Position numbers and translations under genes: made by a program. A DNA stretch of 64,000 bases, from the NCBI RefSeq assembly GCF_964213995.1, contig NC_135811.1, positions 35,526,001 to 35,590,000 on the forward strand. Reading direction: 5' to 3'. This document shows, piece after piece, positions 12,988-26,254 of the stretch. The notes beneath the pieces were generated by a model. The model saw only the letters and a list, made by a program, of their open reading frames with translations, did no database searches and had not been told where the DNA came from. This stretch comes from Mustelus asterias. Taxonomy: Eukaryota. Within the stretch, counting starts at the first letter, position 1, and every line of letters begins with the position of its first letter.

Positions 12988-13107
12988 TGGTCTGAACAGC
13001 CCTGTGCAGCTCACCTGAATCAGAGAGATGGATATCAAGCACAGACCCAAGGTCAACTGAAGGAACAGCTTTACCAGGAAATTATCCATTACTTTGATAA
13101 AGGAAAG
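12988..13107 (+). CDS. DOCK1: DOCK1 coding exon B: WSEQPCAAHLNQRDGYQAQTQGQLKEQLYQEIIHYFDKGK
   Basis: T-rich tract then tttAG acceptor; AAG|GTAAAA donor; 120 bp, phase 0-0. AHL.QRDGYQA.TQGQLKEQLYQEIIHYFDKGK favours DOCK1 over DOCK2/DOCK5. Confidence 0.96.
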
Positions 13108-13913
13108 GTAAAATTATTTTTCAGTGCCCTATCAGTATGAGATGTCATTACAAAATAATGTTTTCATTAGCAATATTAATAATATTGCATAGTTTATAAA
13201 TCTAACATTATACTGTTGGGTCCCCAGGCAAAACTTTTTGCAAGTACCACTAAAAGAGCTTATTTATAAAATAATGTATTGCATCATGTTTCTACAAATT
13301 ATCCACACTGAGTAATCTGTAAATTTAAGTAAGGCAGTCACGTACTTGTATGCAGCAATATTACAGGACTTCCAAATTCTTGGGACCCACTCTTTGACCC
13401 AAGCACAGCAGGATACCAATGTTCACCCTAACAGAATCTTCCTGTCAGACATGCTAGCACCTGGTCTCAGAGTTGATTTGTGCTGAACCAATAGGAACTT
13501 GTGCCCATCCAAGCACTGCATCCATAAGTTTTGAGAGAGCCTTTTCTGTGAAATAAGCTCTGTTTTGCGTTTATGGTTCAGATTTAGTAGTCTTAGGTTG
13601 CATTTGCTGCATCTGCCTTAACAGTGATAGATTTTCCGTAAACTGGTTAAATAAGTGTTAAGCCACTTCAACATTTTGAAACCAGCACTATTTTATATCA
13701 TTCAAGTTTGGCTAGATTTCCAATGTTGGCTTGCACATCGTAGTGTTGAAAGATTACTTCCAGTTTAAAACACAAGTGATTTAATGTGTTAAAATGTTAG
13801 CAGCAATAATCAGAAAGCATGAACATTCCCAGATCAAGAAGAAGAATACAACCTGTGATTATTAAAAAAAACCTTTTGCTGTATGCCATTTGAATATAAT
13901 TCAGATTATATAG

Positions 13914-14238
13914 CAGCATAGTGGCACAGTGGTTAGCACTGCTGCCTCACAATGCCAGGAGCCCGGGTTCAATTCTGGCCTTGGCTGGCTGACTGTGTGG
14001 AGTTTGCACGTTCTCCCCATGTCTACGTGGGTTTCCTTAGCGTGCTCTGGTTTCCTCCCACACTCCAAAGATATGCAGGTTAGGAGGATTGGCCATGCTA
14101 AATTGTCCCTTAGTGTCAGGGGGATTAGCAGTGTAAATCCATGGGGTTACAGGGATAGGGCCTGGGTGGGATTGTTGTCCATGCAGGCTTGATGGGCCGA
14201 GTGGCCTCCTTCTACACTGTAGGAATTATTTGATTCTA
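13914..14238 (+). mobile_element. HE1-like SINE
   Basis: Full head, body and tail similarity to the 7223 copy. Confidence 0.9.
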
Positions 14239-15526
14239 CTTCAGAGCAAGCCTAAGCCTATTCATTTCCAAATTAAGTATAGCTGAAAGACTGTGTGGCC
14301 AAGAATCATATCCTGCCCAAGAGCACCTACATTTCCTGTGCCAAACAATTTTTGTGATCTGGGATAACCTGCTGCCCACCTGTACCTTTCTAAATATTAG
14401 CCTGCCCTGTAGCAGGACATAACATTGGTAGATGAGCTTCCCAGATCTTCAACATCTGGTCTGACTAGATGTTAACATCTGGAAGGGAGAATGTTTAACT
14501 CAAAAGAATTCCGACCTTGCAGGTTTTGACCCTATCCCATATATACTGCAAACTTGAAAATTTTGGAGACATCTCACAGTGCCATGTTTCTACATGCACC
14601 TGTGCTATGATGTCCATTCAGTATTGGATGCTGAAAGTCTAGTGTAAGACTGGATATTTTCCCAGTCAACTAATTTGAATTGCCCCAATTGGCCCATACT
14701 TAATACAGTTACAAGTTCTGTCCACCCAGAATTCCCAAAATAATTTAAAGGGATGGTGACCCCAATCACCCAGGTTTCCACTTTTACCCTGACCTTTGTA
14801 TTCCGGAAACTGGGGCGTCAGGAAAATCATTCCTTATATGACAACATATTAAAAGCCTTTGTAGCTAAAACAACTGTACATTTTGTTAAACAGATTTAAT
14901 ACATGTACTAAAATGCTATATACTTTGATCATTAACGATATGTGCTAATTGTATTTTAAATTGTTATTTTTACTTAAATCTGCATTCAATAGATACGGTA
15001 TTGAATTTAAAAGCTTCTTGTTCTTGGGACATTTAACAGTCTCTGCTTCCATGGAGCTAAATTATGCTAATTAAATACTTATATTCTTCCCACGCAACTT
15101 TGAACTGGATCAGACTAGTTTCTTAACTGCCTCATTTGTTCAACTGCCAACACCGACATAATCATAATCACACAATTTTTCATTGATTGTATAATAACAT
15201 TAACAATTTAATATCTTAAAAGGTCACGTTTTCTATTTTTATGTGCACTTTACTACATAATTAATTTTTAAAAATTTTTATGTTGCATGTGAAGATAATG
15301 GTACGCTTATTAATTGTATATTGCCTAATCTATTGACTATATAAATATTGGTTTAACCCCTGAACTACTTTACTGTTTTAAGAAGTTCCTTATCAGTACA
15401 ACATTTGGAAAAATGGAACATTGTGACAAAAATTACAGATTATCCCTTTTTGTAGAGAAATTAAGGAGAAGTTAAAGTTTATTTATTAGTCACAAGTAAG
15501 GCTTACATTTACACTGCAATTAAGTT

Positions 15527-15819
15527 AGAATCATCGAATCAGAATCATAGAATCCTACAGTGCAGATGGAGGCCATTCGGCCCATCGAGTCTGCACCAAC
15601 CACAATCCCACCCAGGCCCTATCCCCATTTACCCTAGCTAGTCCTCCTGACACTAAGGGGCAATTTAGCATGGCCAATCTACCTAACTGCACATCTTTGG
15701 ATTGTGGGAGGAAACCGGAGCACCCGGAGGAAACCCATGCCGACACGGAGAGAATGTGCAGACTTCACACAGACAGTGACCCAGTCGGGATTCGAACCTG
15801 GGTCCCTGGTGTTGTGAAG
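15527..15819 (-). mobile_element. HE1-like SINE
   Basis: Reverse-complement copy with (agaatcat)n tail; 5' end clipped. Confidence 0.9.
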
Positions 15820-17512
15820 TCGAGAAAACGCCATGGATCTTTAAATATGACAGACAGGTCGAAGGGGGCTCATTAAACTAAGACAAGACTACCAAGTTGG
15901 AAAGTTTCTCAACTTGAGTTAGCTCCCTCAGGAGCAAAATTTGGACCATAGTTCAGATTGACATTATTCTTGCTCTCTTTTCCAATTCTTGGTACCTCCA
16001 TTAATAAATTCAGACCTCATCATCAGTCCCAACATCTGCCAATTGCTCCTCCCAGGATAGAATTCTGCTCCATATTGTTAATTGGAATTGTGGATCTCAG
16101 AGTCATCACAGTATCATGAATTTCTCCCCATAGCAAGTGGTAGTACTCAATCTTATTGTTTGAAGTAGGGAATTTTTATTTTGGGCTGGGTCAAAGGACA
16201 TGGGATTCTTGTGTTCTGTAATAAGAACACAATTTTTCATTGACCATCCTCATCAATTTATAGTTTACTTTTGAAAATTAGTTTTCATCTGCATGCTCCT
16301 CCGGAAAGAATCAAAAACATAAACAAATCAATAACAAAACCTTCATTGTATTTTCCTGAACTTGGTAAATATCCTGTTTGTTCAAATATACCATGTAAAG
16401 CAATGGAATAGCCTATCAGCCTATGCACATATCAACTTAATTGTAATGAAGAAGCAAAAGAAAAGGTTGGCTAACAATCAAAAAGTTAAATTGTTCACAT
16501 TTATACTTCTATACATAATAATTTGCCAGTTCTTTTAAACAGCCTGACATTGGATATATATATTCCTTTAAAATCGTTAAAGAAAATTTACATATCCATA
16601 TCCTCTTGGCATTCACTGGACTAGAAATACCTTTTTTTCACGGGCTGCACAGTCCACAAAGGTCCCAAAATGGCAGGCAGGAAGTGTGAGTACACTTCCA
16701 CTCTGAAATGTGACACCTCCCATATTGAGTAAGGGAAGACAAGAGGTGTCCATTATCTATTGTTGAAACAGGTGTTAGAACTTTTCAATATACAAGCAAA
16801 TTGTCTATTTCCGATATTTATTTTTCTTGAGGCAGCCGGCGCTATCGCAGGCTAAACTCAGGAAAACCAGTCCAATGGAAGTTTGCAACAAAGGCAAGTT
16901 ACCTACCTGATTGTGGTACCATAAGGAGCAAGGGTGTTACTCTCAACGTCACATTAAAGGAGCCTCCTGATTGCCACCACTCCACCTCAAGATGTCCAAC
17001 TCCTGATCTCTCACGCTGTAACCCCGATCTTCCAATTCACATTCCTGATTTGCCAGTGCCCCATGACATAATCTGCAAACTGCCAATCCCATCCTTCCCT
17101 GAGTCCCTCTGTTTCAGTAAAATTTATGTCTAATCTTCTGAAGGTAAACTGTGCAATGCATTCATGCTCTGCAAATCAAGAGCATAATGTAAATCCAGGA
17201 TATTTAATCAGTGTAGGATGAAAGGCAACCAAGTTCATTAATGTGTATGATAATTTCACTGCTTTTTTGGAGCGGTGAAAGAAATGGGAATGGATGTTCA
17301 GAACTTTAACATTGTTGTCATTCAGAGCAAAAATTACTGCACAATTTCTAAGGCACATATAATCAGAATCTTTGCTAGCAAAAACAATGAATTGAAGTAG
17401 AACATACTAACCTTGACATAACAGCGATGTGCATAGAGATTAGTATACAGCATTGAGTAATTAGAAAACATTAAGCGCTTCTGCTTTGTGTGTGCTGTTT
17501 TCTCTCTATCAG

Positions 17513-17602
17513 ATGTGGGAGGAGGCGATTTCTTTAGGCAAAGAACTTGCAGAACAATATGAAAATGAGCTGTTTGATTATGAACAACTGAGTGAATTGC
17601 TG
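17513..17602 (+). CDS. DOCK1: DOCK1 coding exon C: [30 protein letters not shown]
   Basis: tctctctatcAG acceptor, CTG|GTAAGA donor, 90 bp, in frame with flanking exons. Confidence 0.96.
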
Positions 17603-17701
17603 GTAAGACATTAAATGGCAGATCATGCAACATACTTTGTAATTATTTTTTCTTGCGTGAGCTGTTAATCATCCAAACTGATTTGTGAATCACTTTTGCA
17701 G

Positions 17702-17806
17702 CAAAAACAAGCCCAATTCTATGAGAATATTGTCAGAGTGATACGAGCAAAACCGGATTATTTTGCTGTAGGATACTATGGCCAAGGCTTTCCTTCATTT
17801 ATTCGG
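17702..17806 (+). CDS. DOCK1: DOCK1 coding exon D: [35 protein letters not shown]
   Basis: cttttgcAG acceptor, CGG|GTAAGA donor, 105 bp; contains the DOCK-A motif [12 protein letters not shown]. Confidence 0.96.
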
Positions 17807-18072
17807 GTAAGAGGTAGTTCATTTTTAATTTTTGAGATTGGTGTGGAAAGTATTTGAACAAAACAGGAAACTTTAATTAATTTGCTTAATATACTGGGAT
17901 ACATTTCACATAGGTGTCAATAGCTTCTTTTGTTCAGAATCAGAAATATTCCCAGAGAGTGGCAAAAGAATTGGTGGGATAGAAATGTATTATGAATAAC
18001 TGACTCCAGCATTATTCGATAAGATAATTACGGCACAGGTGAATGTTGAACAGTTATAATTTAGAATCATTT

Positions 18073-18366
18073 GGGGGTGACACGATGGCACAGTGGTTAG
18101 CACTGCTGCCTCACTGCACCAGGGACCCGGGTTCAGTTCTGGCCTCGGGTCACTGTCTGTGTGGGTTTCTTCCGGGTGCTCCAGTTTCCTCCCACAGTCC
18201 AAAGATGTGCGGGTTAGGTTGATTGGCCATGCTAAAGTGACCCACGTGTTAGGGGACTAGCAGAGTAAATATGTGGGGTTATTGGAATAGGGTCTGGGTG
18301 GGATTGTGGTTGGTGCAGACTCGATGGGCCGAACGGCCTCCTTCTGCACTGTAGGGATTCTATGAT
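18073..18366 (+). mobile_element. HE1-like SINE with internal deletion
   Basis: Head and tail present; joined tail-to-tail with the CR1 at 18367. Confidence 0.9.
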
Positions 18367-19360
18367 CATAGAATCTACGGCACGGAGACATACCCTTCAG
18401 CCCAAACTGTTCTACGCCTACCAAAATGCTCATCTAAGATAACCCCATTTGCCTGCATCTGGCCCATATCCCTCTAAACCTTTCCTAACCATGTATCTGT
18501 CCAAATGTCTTTTAAATGTTGTCAATGTCCCTGCCTCAACCACTTCCTCCAGCAGCTCATTCCACAGACGTACCACCCTATGTGTAAAAAAAAAACGTTG
18601 CTCCTCGGGTTCCCATTAATTCTTTCCCCTCTTAAACCTATGCCCTCTAGTTCTCGATTCCTGAACCCTGGGAAAAAGACTGAGTGCATTCACCCTATCC
18701 ATGCCTCTCATGATCTTATACACCTCTATAAGATCACCCCTCAGTCTCCTAGGCCCCGAGAAAAATGTTCTAGTCCGTCCAATCTCTCCCTATAACTCAG
18801 TTCCTTGAGTCCTGACAGCATAAATCTCTTCTGCACTCTCTCCAGTTTAATAACATCTTTCCTACAGCAAGGCGATCAAAACTGAACACAGTACTCCAGG
18901 TGCGGCCTCACCAATGTCCTGTACAACTGCAACATAACTTCCCAACTTCTATACTGAATGCCCTAACTGACGAAGGCCAGCATGCCAAAAGCCACCTTCA
19001 CTGCCCTATATGCCTTATACTCCATCTTTAGAGAACCGTGCACCTGAATTCCAAGATCGCTCTGTTCCACAGTACTCCCTAAGGTCCCACCATTCACCGT
19101 GAAAATCCTACCTTGATTTGACTTTCCAAAATACAACACGTCACACTTATCTGTATTGAACTCCATTTGCCATTTCTCAGCCCATTTCCCCAGCTGATCA
19201 AGCTCCTATTGCAATTTTTGATAACCTTCCTCACTGTCTACAATACTTATTTTAGTGTCATCTGCAAACTTACTGATCATGCCTTGTACCTTCTCATCCA
19301 AATCGTTGATGTAGATAACAACCAGCAATGGGCCCAGCACTGACCCCTGAGACACACCAT
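18367..19360 (-). mobile_element. CR1 LINE 3' fragment
   Basis: MEFNTDKCDVLYFGKSNQGR..., KFADD and VRPHLEYCVQF on the minus strand. Confidence 0.9.
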
Positions 19361-20344
19361 CTTACAATATAAATATCTAGGAAAAAGTTAGACAAGAGTC
19401 AAACAATATTAAAGCCTTGTGTATTCACTAACATTGATTTTTCTCTTTCCCTGTCCCTAAAAACATCTGTCAAACCTGCTGCGTTGATGCAATAGTCAAA
19501 TTGACCTCTGTGGTTCTGCTACACCATCAGTAATACCTTGACAGATTTGATGCTTATTCTCCAATATTAATATTTATAAGAATGTCTCTTTGTGAGTGCC
19601 AACATACATTAAACATAAATATTAACTTTGTTATTTCCATTTCCTAAAAATAGTCATTGCCTACTGTCTTTTGAGTAGCTCAGTGCTTTTATAGATATAC
19701 AATTCAAGGGACAGACTAGAACAGCACAGTGTTGAGATGATGAGTTCCTTCTAAATTTTTTAAAAAGAACTATAGGTAGACAAATTACATACAAACGAAG
19801 ATGGACTTATGCATTCGCATTTACTGAAGGTCACTAGTATTTTTGTATCTGAATTCAAACATCTTTATGAGCCATACACCTCAACAATGCATGTTCCATT
19901 CTGAATTTGTTTTGACTTAAAACACACTCATTTAGATCATTTAAAACTCATTATCTCAAGAATGGTGCTGGCAGTTTCTCGGATAATATTTTTAAAAGCT
20001 TTGTACAAGACTGAGCAAAGAATAATTTTCAAGAACCTAGTAAATTGGCACAGAATTATAACTTGAATTCTCGTACGTTAAATATAAGATTTTTTTGAAT
20101 GCATATATCCTCTATTGAATAGGAGCCACTTTGGTTTTCTGTATTTTTACATGTTTCTGGCCTGCTTCCAGATAATAACTTCTTTGGCCAGTAGGAAACG
20201 CACAGAGAATCTGTGCATTGGGAACTTTGCCTATGCTATCCTTGCTAAACACATTTGTATTCACATCAGAACAATTCTTTGAGAGAATGAATTAAACCCA
20301 TATTCTCTCGCTCAGTACTGCAACCATGGGTTATAACTTTGCTA

Positions 20345-21015
20345 TTCCAGAAGTAAATTACCGTGGATGCTGAAAATCTGAAATGAAAACAGAAAATCCT
20401 TAAAATATTCTATAAGTCTGGCAGCATCTGTGGGGAGAGAAACAGAGTCAGCGTTTCAGACCATGACCTTTTAGCAGGACTGGAAAAACTTAGAAGTGGC
20501 TTTTAAGTAGGTGGGGGAGGGTGGTAAAAAGCAGGAGGGCCTGTGATGGGACAAAAGGTGGAAGACATTAAGTAAGAGATTTGGCGTAGCCAAAGGGATC
20601 AGTAATGGGACAAGAAAAGAAACAAAAGATGGTCCAGAAGAAGTGTGAATGGCAGAAGAATAATAGTTGCCATGCAAAAGCAAAAACAAGAAAAATAGAA
20701 TTAGGACCAACACATTGAAAGAAAAGAAAGCAAACTGATGAGCGGGGGAGTGGGGGCAGAGATTACAGTTTGAAATTGTTTAATTCAATTTTGAATTCAG
20801 AAGGCTGTAAAGTGCCAAGTCGAAAGATGAAGTCACTTGAGCTTGTGTGAAGCTTCATTGGAGCAGTGCATGATACTGTGGCAGAGTTGTCAGTGTGCAA
20901 GGTGGAGAATTAAAATGGCAGGCCACTGAAAGTGTGGATTATGTTTGCAGACTGAACTGAAGTGTTCTGCAAAGCAGTGACCCAGTAGAGCAGACCACAT
21001 TGTTAGCAGCAGATA
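20345..21015 (-). mobile_element. Old Penelope-like element, second family (3' end)
   Basis: Minus strand reads IFRLGTLQPSEFKIELNNFK (PLE ORF C-terminus), followed by a degenerate hammerhead-like terminus (ctgctaaaaggtcatggtctgaaacgctgac). Related termini near 30232-30338, 43130-43330, 54945-55005 and 58410-58735. Confidence 0.7.
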
Positions 21016-21077
21016 CACTGTTGTCGCGCTAAATAAAGGCAGGTCATGCTCATAACTTTAAACATAAACTGCTTTCT

Positions 21078-23235
21078 TTTTTATTCATTCATGAGATGTG
21101 GACATCGCTGGCTAGGCCAGGATTTATTGTCCATTCCTAATTGCTCTCAAGAAGATGAAGGTGAACCTGCTTTTTGAACCACTGCGTTCCATGTGGTGTA
21201 GGTACACCCACAGTGCCGGTAGAAAAGGAATTCCAGGACTTCTACCCAGTGACAGTGTTATAGTTCAAAGTCAGAAACTCCAAAGTGTTCTATGGAGCCC
21301 GCCTGGATCATAAGTTTTGCATCTTGAACTTGGCTTGGATAAGCATACTATGTTTCACTTCAGGTATGATTCAAATGACCCACTAAGGGAGCTTCTATCA
21401 AACAATGTTTATTTAAGAATATAGTTAGCATGTATAATAAAATTAGCAAGAACTTTTATCAATTACAAACAAAAAACAAAGCAAAACCATGATAACCCTT
21501 AACAAATAATCTAATGTGCTCCAATCAAACTAATCCCAAGAAAACCCTTTAAACAAGTTTAACACAGCAAAGACTAAGGCTCACATGATTCTGGAATTGC
21601 GCCCTTTGGATGAAGTCTACAGTTCTCTGGATAGACTCAGAAGAATTTAAGTCAGAACAGCTTCCCAAAACACCAGGGAGAGACTCCAGGCAAGCCACCA
21701 ACAACAAAATCTTCCCTTCAGGAAGGCAAGATGCATTGCTCTCAGCTATCTAGCAGAATTTCCAAAAACTAGGGAGAGAGAGAGACGACTTTTCAGCTTG
21801 ATTTCCCCTCTAAAACTCAACCAAACTGCAGCTCAACTGAAAAAAACCTATCACCTGACCTGCCAACCAGTTTTTTCCTAACAATGCAAAACTATAAAAC
21901 AACCCAGAGTTAAAATAAACAGATCCCATTTAAGCTATTGAAGTAGCAATAAAAGGACATCTCCAGACAAGCCGGTACCATAATGATATCAGCTAAGGCT
22001 GTGAGCTGAGAAATACAGAAGCTGTGAGAGCTGCAGAGAAGAGGTACACTAATATCACAGAAGGAACAGCAATATATTTCCAAGTCACGATGGTGAGTGG
22101 CCTGGGGAGAACTTGCAGATGTGGTGTTCCCAAGCATCTGGTGCCCTTAGTGGTTGTGGCTTTGGAAGGTGCTGTTGAAGGAGCTTTGGTGAGATGCTGC
22201 CGTGCATCTTGTAGATGGCACTCATTGCTGTCACTGTGCATCTATGATAGAGGGAGTGAATGTTTGAGTGGTGGATGGGATACCAATCAAGCAGTTTGCA
22301 TTGTCCTGGATGCTGTTGAACTACTTGAGTGTTATTGGAGCTGCACTGATCCAGGCAAGTGAAGAGTATTCCATCACACTCCTGATTTGTGATTTGTAGA
22401 TGGTTGGCAGGCTTTGAGATGTCAAGAAGTGAATTTTCACCATCAACTTCCCAGCCTCTGACCTACTGTTGCAGCCACATTTTTTATTTGGTTTGTCTAG
22501 TTCAATTTCTGGTCAATCTCAACCCTCAGATAGTGGGAGGTTCAGTAATGGTAATATCATTAAATGTTATGGGAAGATGATTAGATTCTCTCTTGTTGGA
22601 GGATGGCCATTCCCTGGCACTTTCTATAGCCTGCATGTTTCCCAGGTCTTGCTGCATGGATTGCTTTTGTATCTGATGAGTTGTGAATGATACTGGACTG
22701 TGCAATCGTTAGCAACTTCCCCACATCTAATTGTATGATGGGGGCTGATCATTGATAAAACACCTGAGGGTGGTTGGGGCTAGGACACTAGTCTGAGGAA
22801 GTCCTGCAGTGATATTCTTGGACTGGAGTGATATACAAGTAAACCACAACCATCTTCATTCATGTCAGGTATGACTCCAACTAGTGGAAAGTTCTCACCA
22901 CCTGAGCACCAGTGAGCTTTCATCACTTCACTGATGATCAAGAGTAGACTAATGGGGCAGTAATTTGCTGGGCTGGATTTGTCCCCTTTTTCTGTGCTCA
23001 GGACATGCCTGGGTAATTTTCCACATTTCTAGCTGGATGCCAGTGTTGTAGCTGTACTGCAATGGCTTTCTTCGAGTCATTGCTATCTCTGGAGCACAAA
23101 CCTTCAGTACTATTGCTGGAATATTATCAGAGCCCAATGCCGTTGCAATATAGGGCATTGATATCAGGTGACATATATCAAATTGACTGAAGACTGACAT
23201 CTATGAACCTGCGGTATTCAGGAGGAGGCCCTGAT
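21078..23235 (-). mobile_element. Old CR1-group LINE, interrupted by a solo-LTR-like insert
   Basis: ATALGSDNIPAIVLKVCAPEIA...LQYSYNTGIQLEMWKITQACP RT N-terminal peptide; 3' end shared with the SINEs at 35565 and 37251. Further fragments near 53355-53430 and 54500-55280. Confidence 0.8.
21256..22059 (-). mobile_element. Probable solo LTR (~800 bp)
   Basis: TGTTATA...TATCACA termini; splits the host LINE at gacag|gaaggaac; a homologous partial copy lies at 62765-62935; no clean TSD. Confidence 0.6.
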
Positions 23236-24174
23236 TAATTATCAGTATATAATTGACCTGAACTGTCACTGCTTTTAAAAATGGGCTTTAAAATGTTGAT
23301 AAGCAGGCTACTGATGTGAATTTTTGTACAGTCCCAGAATTGCCTCAAGTCCCTGGAAAGTTCCAGACAAAACCACTAGTGGAATTCAAATCTCATATTG
23401 TTTGTGCACTTACCCAAAGTTCAAAATCTGCAGACTTCTAGACTTGCTCTGAGCTCTCTTAACAAAGGGAGATTTAGAGAAACCGGTTCATCATAAGTAG
23501 TTGTGAATAGTCACAATGTGAACCTTTGTTGTGTATCAGTAGCTTCTAACTTGATATTCATAGTGGACAATGGAAATATGGCGATCATGATCGGACTGGA
23601 AACAACATAGCAACATATAGATAACTTCTTCTGAAGTGGTTGGTCCCGGGTTACCACTCCAGAAATTCCTTTGTTTCTCCTTATAGAGATCCTGCTGTCA
23701 CTGATGAGCTTTCAGTCATGTATTCACAGCTAGGCATTAGTAAATCACTTGTCTTTTGGTCACAAATGCTCAGAGTCGTGTCTCTCTCAGGGGGTCATAT
23801 TATTCTCAGGAGCACGACACAGATGGCTCTGAGTTCAGTCACAGTCTGTTCAAAGCATTGCAACAGTCACAGTCCAATCAGCCCCTGTGCCTGCACATCC
23901 TATTCTTTGCTGATACAGAGTTAGCCTTTTAACTATCAGGCTTTGCTGGTGTCTTTTTCAATACCCGTCAGGCTGCTATCTCTCCTTTGATCAGTTGTGC
24001 ATTACGAATTGGATCATACTATACCTGTCTCACATGGATATATCCAAGTCTATGTCTTGTTACAATCTATTGTCTCACATTCACTCTTTTCCTTACAAAT
24101 AGCTCTATTTTAGCTTATTTTCAATTTCTTTAATCCAACATTTAAACATAATTAAAATATACATTGGGTAAATC

Positions 24175-24461
24175 AGGGTGGCACAGTGATTGGCGCTGCC
24201 TCACAATTTGGAGTTCACATGTTTTCCCTGTGTATGAATGGATTTCCTCCCACTGTCCAAAGATGTGCAAGTTAGGTGGATTGGCCATGCTAAATTGCCC
24301 CTTGGTGTCCCAAGATGTGTGGGTTCGGGGGTTAACGAGATAAATGAGTGGAATTACGGGGATAGGGCATAGGGTGGACCTGGGTAAAATTCTCTGTTGG
24401 AGAATCAGTGCAGACTCATTGGGCCGAATGACCTCCTTCTGCATAGTAGGAATTCTATGAT
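24175..24461 (+). mobile_element. HE1-like SINE, degenerate
   Basis: gggtggcacagtg head, V-like body, ggaattctatgat tail. Confidence 0.85.
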
Positions 24462-25280
24462 CAAAATCATTACAATAATTATGATATGAGAGAGAATTCT
24501 TATCCAAGGGTGTGTCAGAGTGTTTGTGCCCCACTAACTAGCAATATATGGAGATAAACATGGTTTATTTTTAATGTCCATTTATTTGCAGTACTTATGA
24601 TGCAAGATATTGATATTTTAGATATCCTTATGTCCAGGAATTTAAATAGTAAATTGTATTCAGCAACTCAAGTCAAGATGTATGTTAAAAGAGAATATAG
24701 ACAATCAAATATCAGTGAAAGCTATTGGACAATATATATTTCATGAAATATTAAATTGTGTAATGTGAATTTTGAACTGATTCAAGCATAATAATACAGT
24801 ACATTGCAATACCGCTTGCATGTCCTTGTTGTAAGTTAGAAAGTGCAATGTACCATTTACATCAAAATGTACCCGTCTATAAAATTAGATCCACAAATGT
24901 TAATCTATAGAAATGGATTATACCATGATCACTTGAAAAGCAGCATGTTATTATGAATACTTGGATGATGCACTGTATGACTGAGTTGGTGACAAATTGA
25001 CATTCAGAAAATACTTGAGATTCCCAACTGTACTACTCAGTTTTCAATTTGAACCAATGAATGTCTAAATTTTGAAGTGAAGAATGTGAAGACTGCATAC
25101 CCTGCATGAATTGACTGAAGGTGAGGAAATAAGGCTAGCTTTGTAAGTGATCACTTTCAAATTGTGAGATGTACTTAATACTTACATATGTCTATAATAC
25201 ATGGCTTGAAAGGAGTGACGTTTTGTAAGGTGCATTTAAAATTACAGTTAACTTTTTAATAACTTTCTGTTCAGCCAATA

Positions 25281-26050
25281 TGTTAATAGTATGTTTATTG
25301 TATTATTATGGTGAAGGATACACAGGTGAAGGGAATTGATCAAGTACCTTGAGCACAGATAAAGAAAGACTGTTAGGACATTGGGTGTTGGTTAAAGAGT
25401 AGGCAAATATTTGTAATTCTGGCCTGAAGTAAAAGATTGGCATCTGGTTTCCTACTTCACTAACTGTCTTATGAATACTTTAACATGGTAGCAGAGGATG
25501 GTTGTCAGTGAAGGTAAAAGTTGGAAATTAAGATATAAAATTAGATAGAAGATTGTAATCTTTGTTTTGTGAAGAATGGTTGAAAACAAGTGTAAATTGA
25601 CAAAGTATGATTATCCACCTCTATTTTCTGAATCTGAATTTTATGACCAATTGAAAAATAGAGAAGGAATGAGGATAAAGTCATTTTTAGCAAATCTAGC
25701 AAACACCAGGATTGGAGGAGTAATAATAGATCAACGAAACTCAAGGAAATACAAACCGTTAACAGGTGTTTCATATGTGACTCAAAATATCCCAAAGCAG
25801 AACAACAGAATTTTCGAAGCGATGCTTGACAAGGAGAATTCGCAAGTTGAAGTTGATAATGATCAGTCTGAGGGAATTAATAAATAGGTCAATGCAAGCC
25901 ACCAATTGTTGGATTGCTTTACAGAAAGAAATGTTTGCACAAATAAATTATTGAAGGCCTTAGAAGGAGAACCTCTTGTATTGTCATATAGTACATTGAA
26001 CATGCAAAATCATTTTTTCAATTTTAAAATATTGTTTGTGTGTCATAAAG
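25281..26050 (+). mobile_element. LTR retrotransposon 5' relic (LTR + tRNA-iMet PBS + gag start), Ty1/copia-like
   Basis: TGTTAA(25281)...TTAACA(25485) LTR, immediately followed by TGGTAGCAGAGGATGGTT (25486-25503), the complement of the initiator tRNA-Met 3' end; then ORF MVENKCKLTKYDYPPLFSESEFYDQLKN. Confidence 0.75.
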
Positions 26051-26254
26051 TTTTAAAGAAAAGATGAGAATCTTTTAATGGTGTGTTAATTGTGTGGTGA
26101 AGGACATTAAGTACTTGAACTCATATATGGTAATACTCGACCCTGATCTTTGGTCACGCAGTGCAGAAGAGGGGATGGAGGGAGGAGGACTTCCATGTAA
26201 GCCTACTCCTGGGTCTGGCCTTCAAAAGGCTCAGGCAGAGGATGGTCAAGGACA

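Noticed and set aside
13914-13990. tRNA genes suggested by A and B boxes
   Set aside because: They are SINE heads continuing into SINE bodies; no complete cloverleaf is supported.
20440-20485. Functional hammerhead in PLE family 2 (also 58500-58540)
   Set aside because: The core boxes are mutated (CTGCTAA, CTGACTG); kept only as decayed relics.
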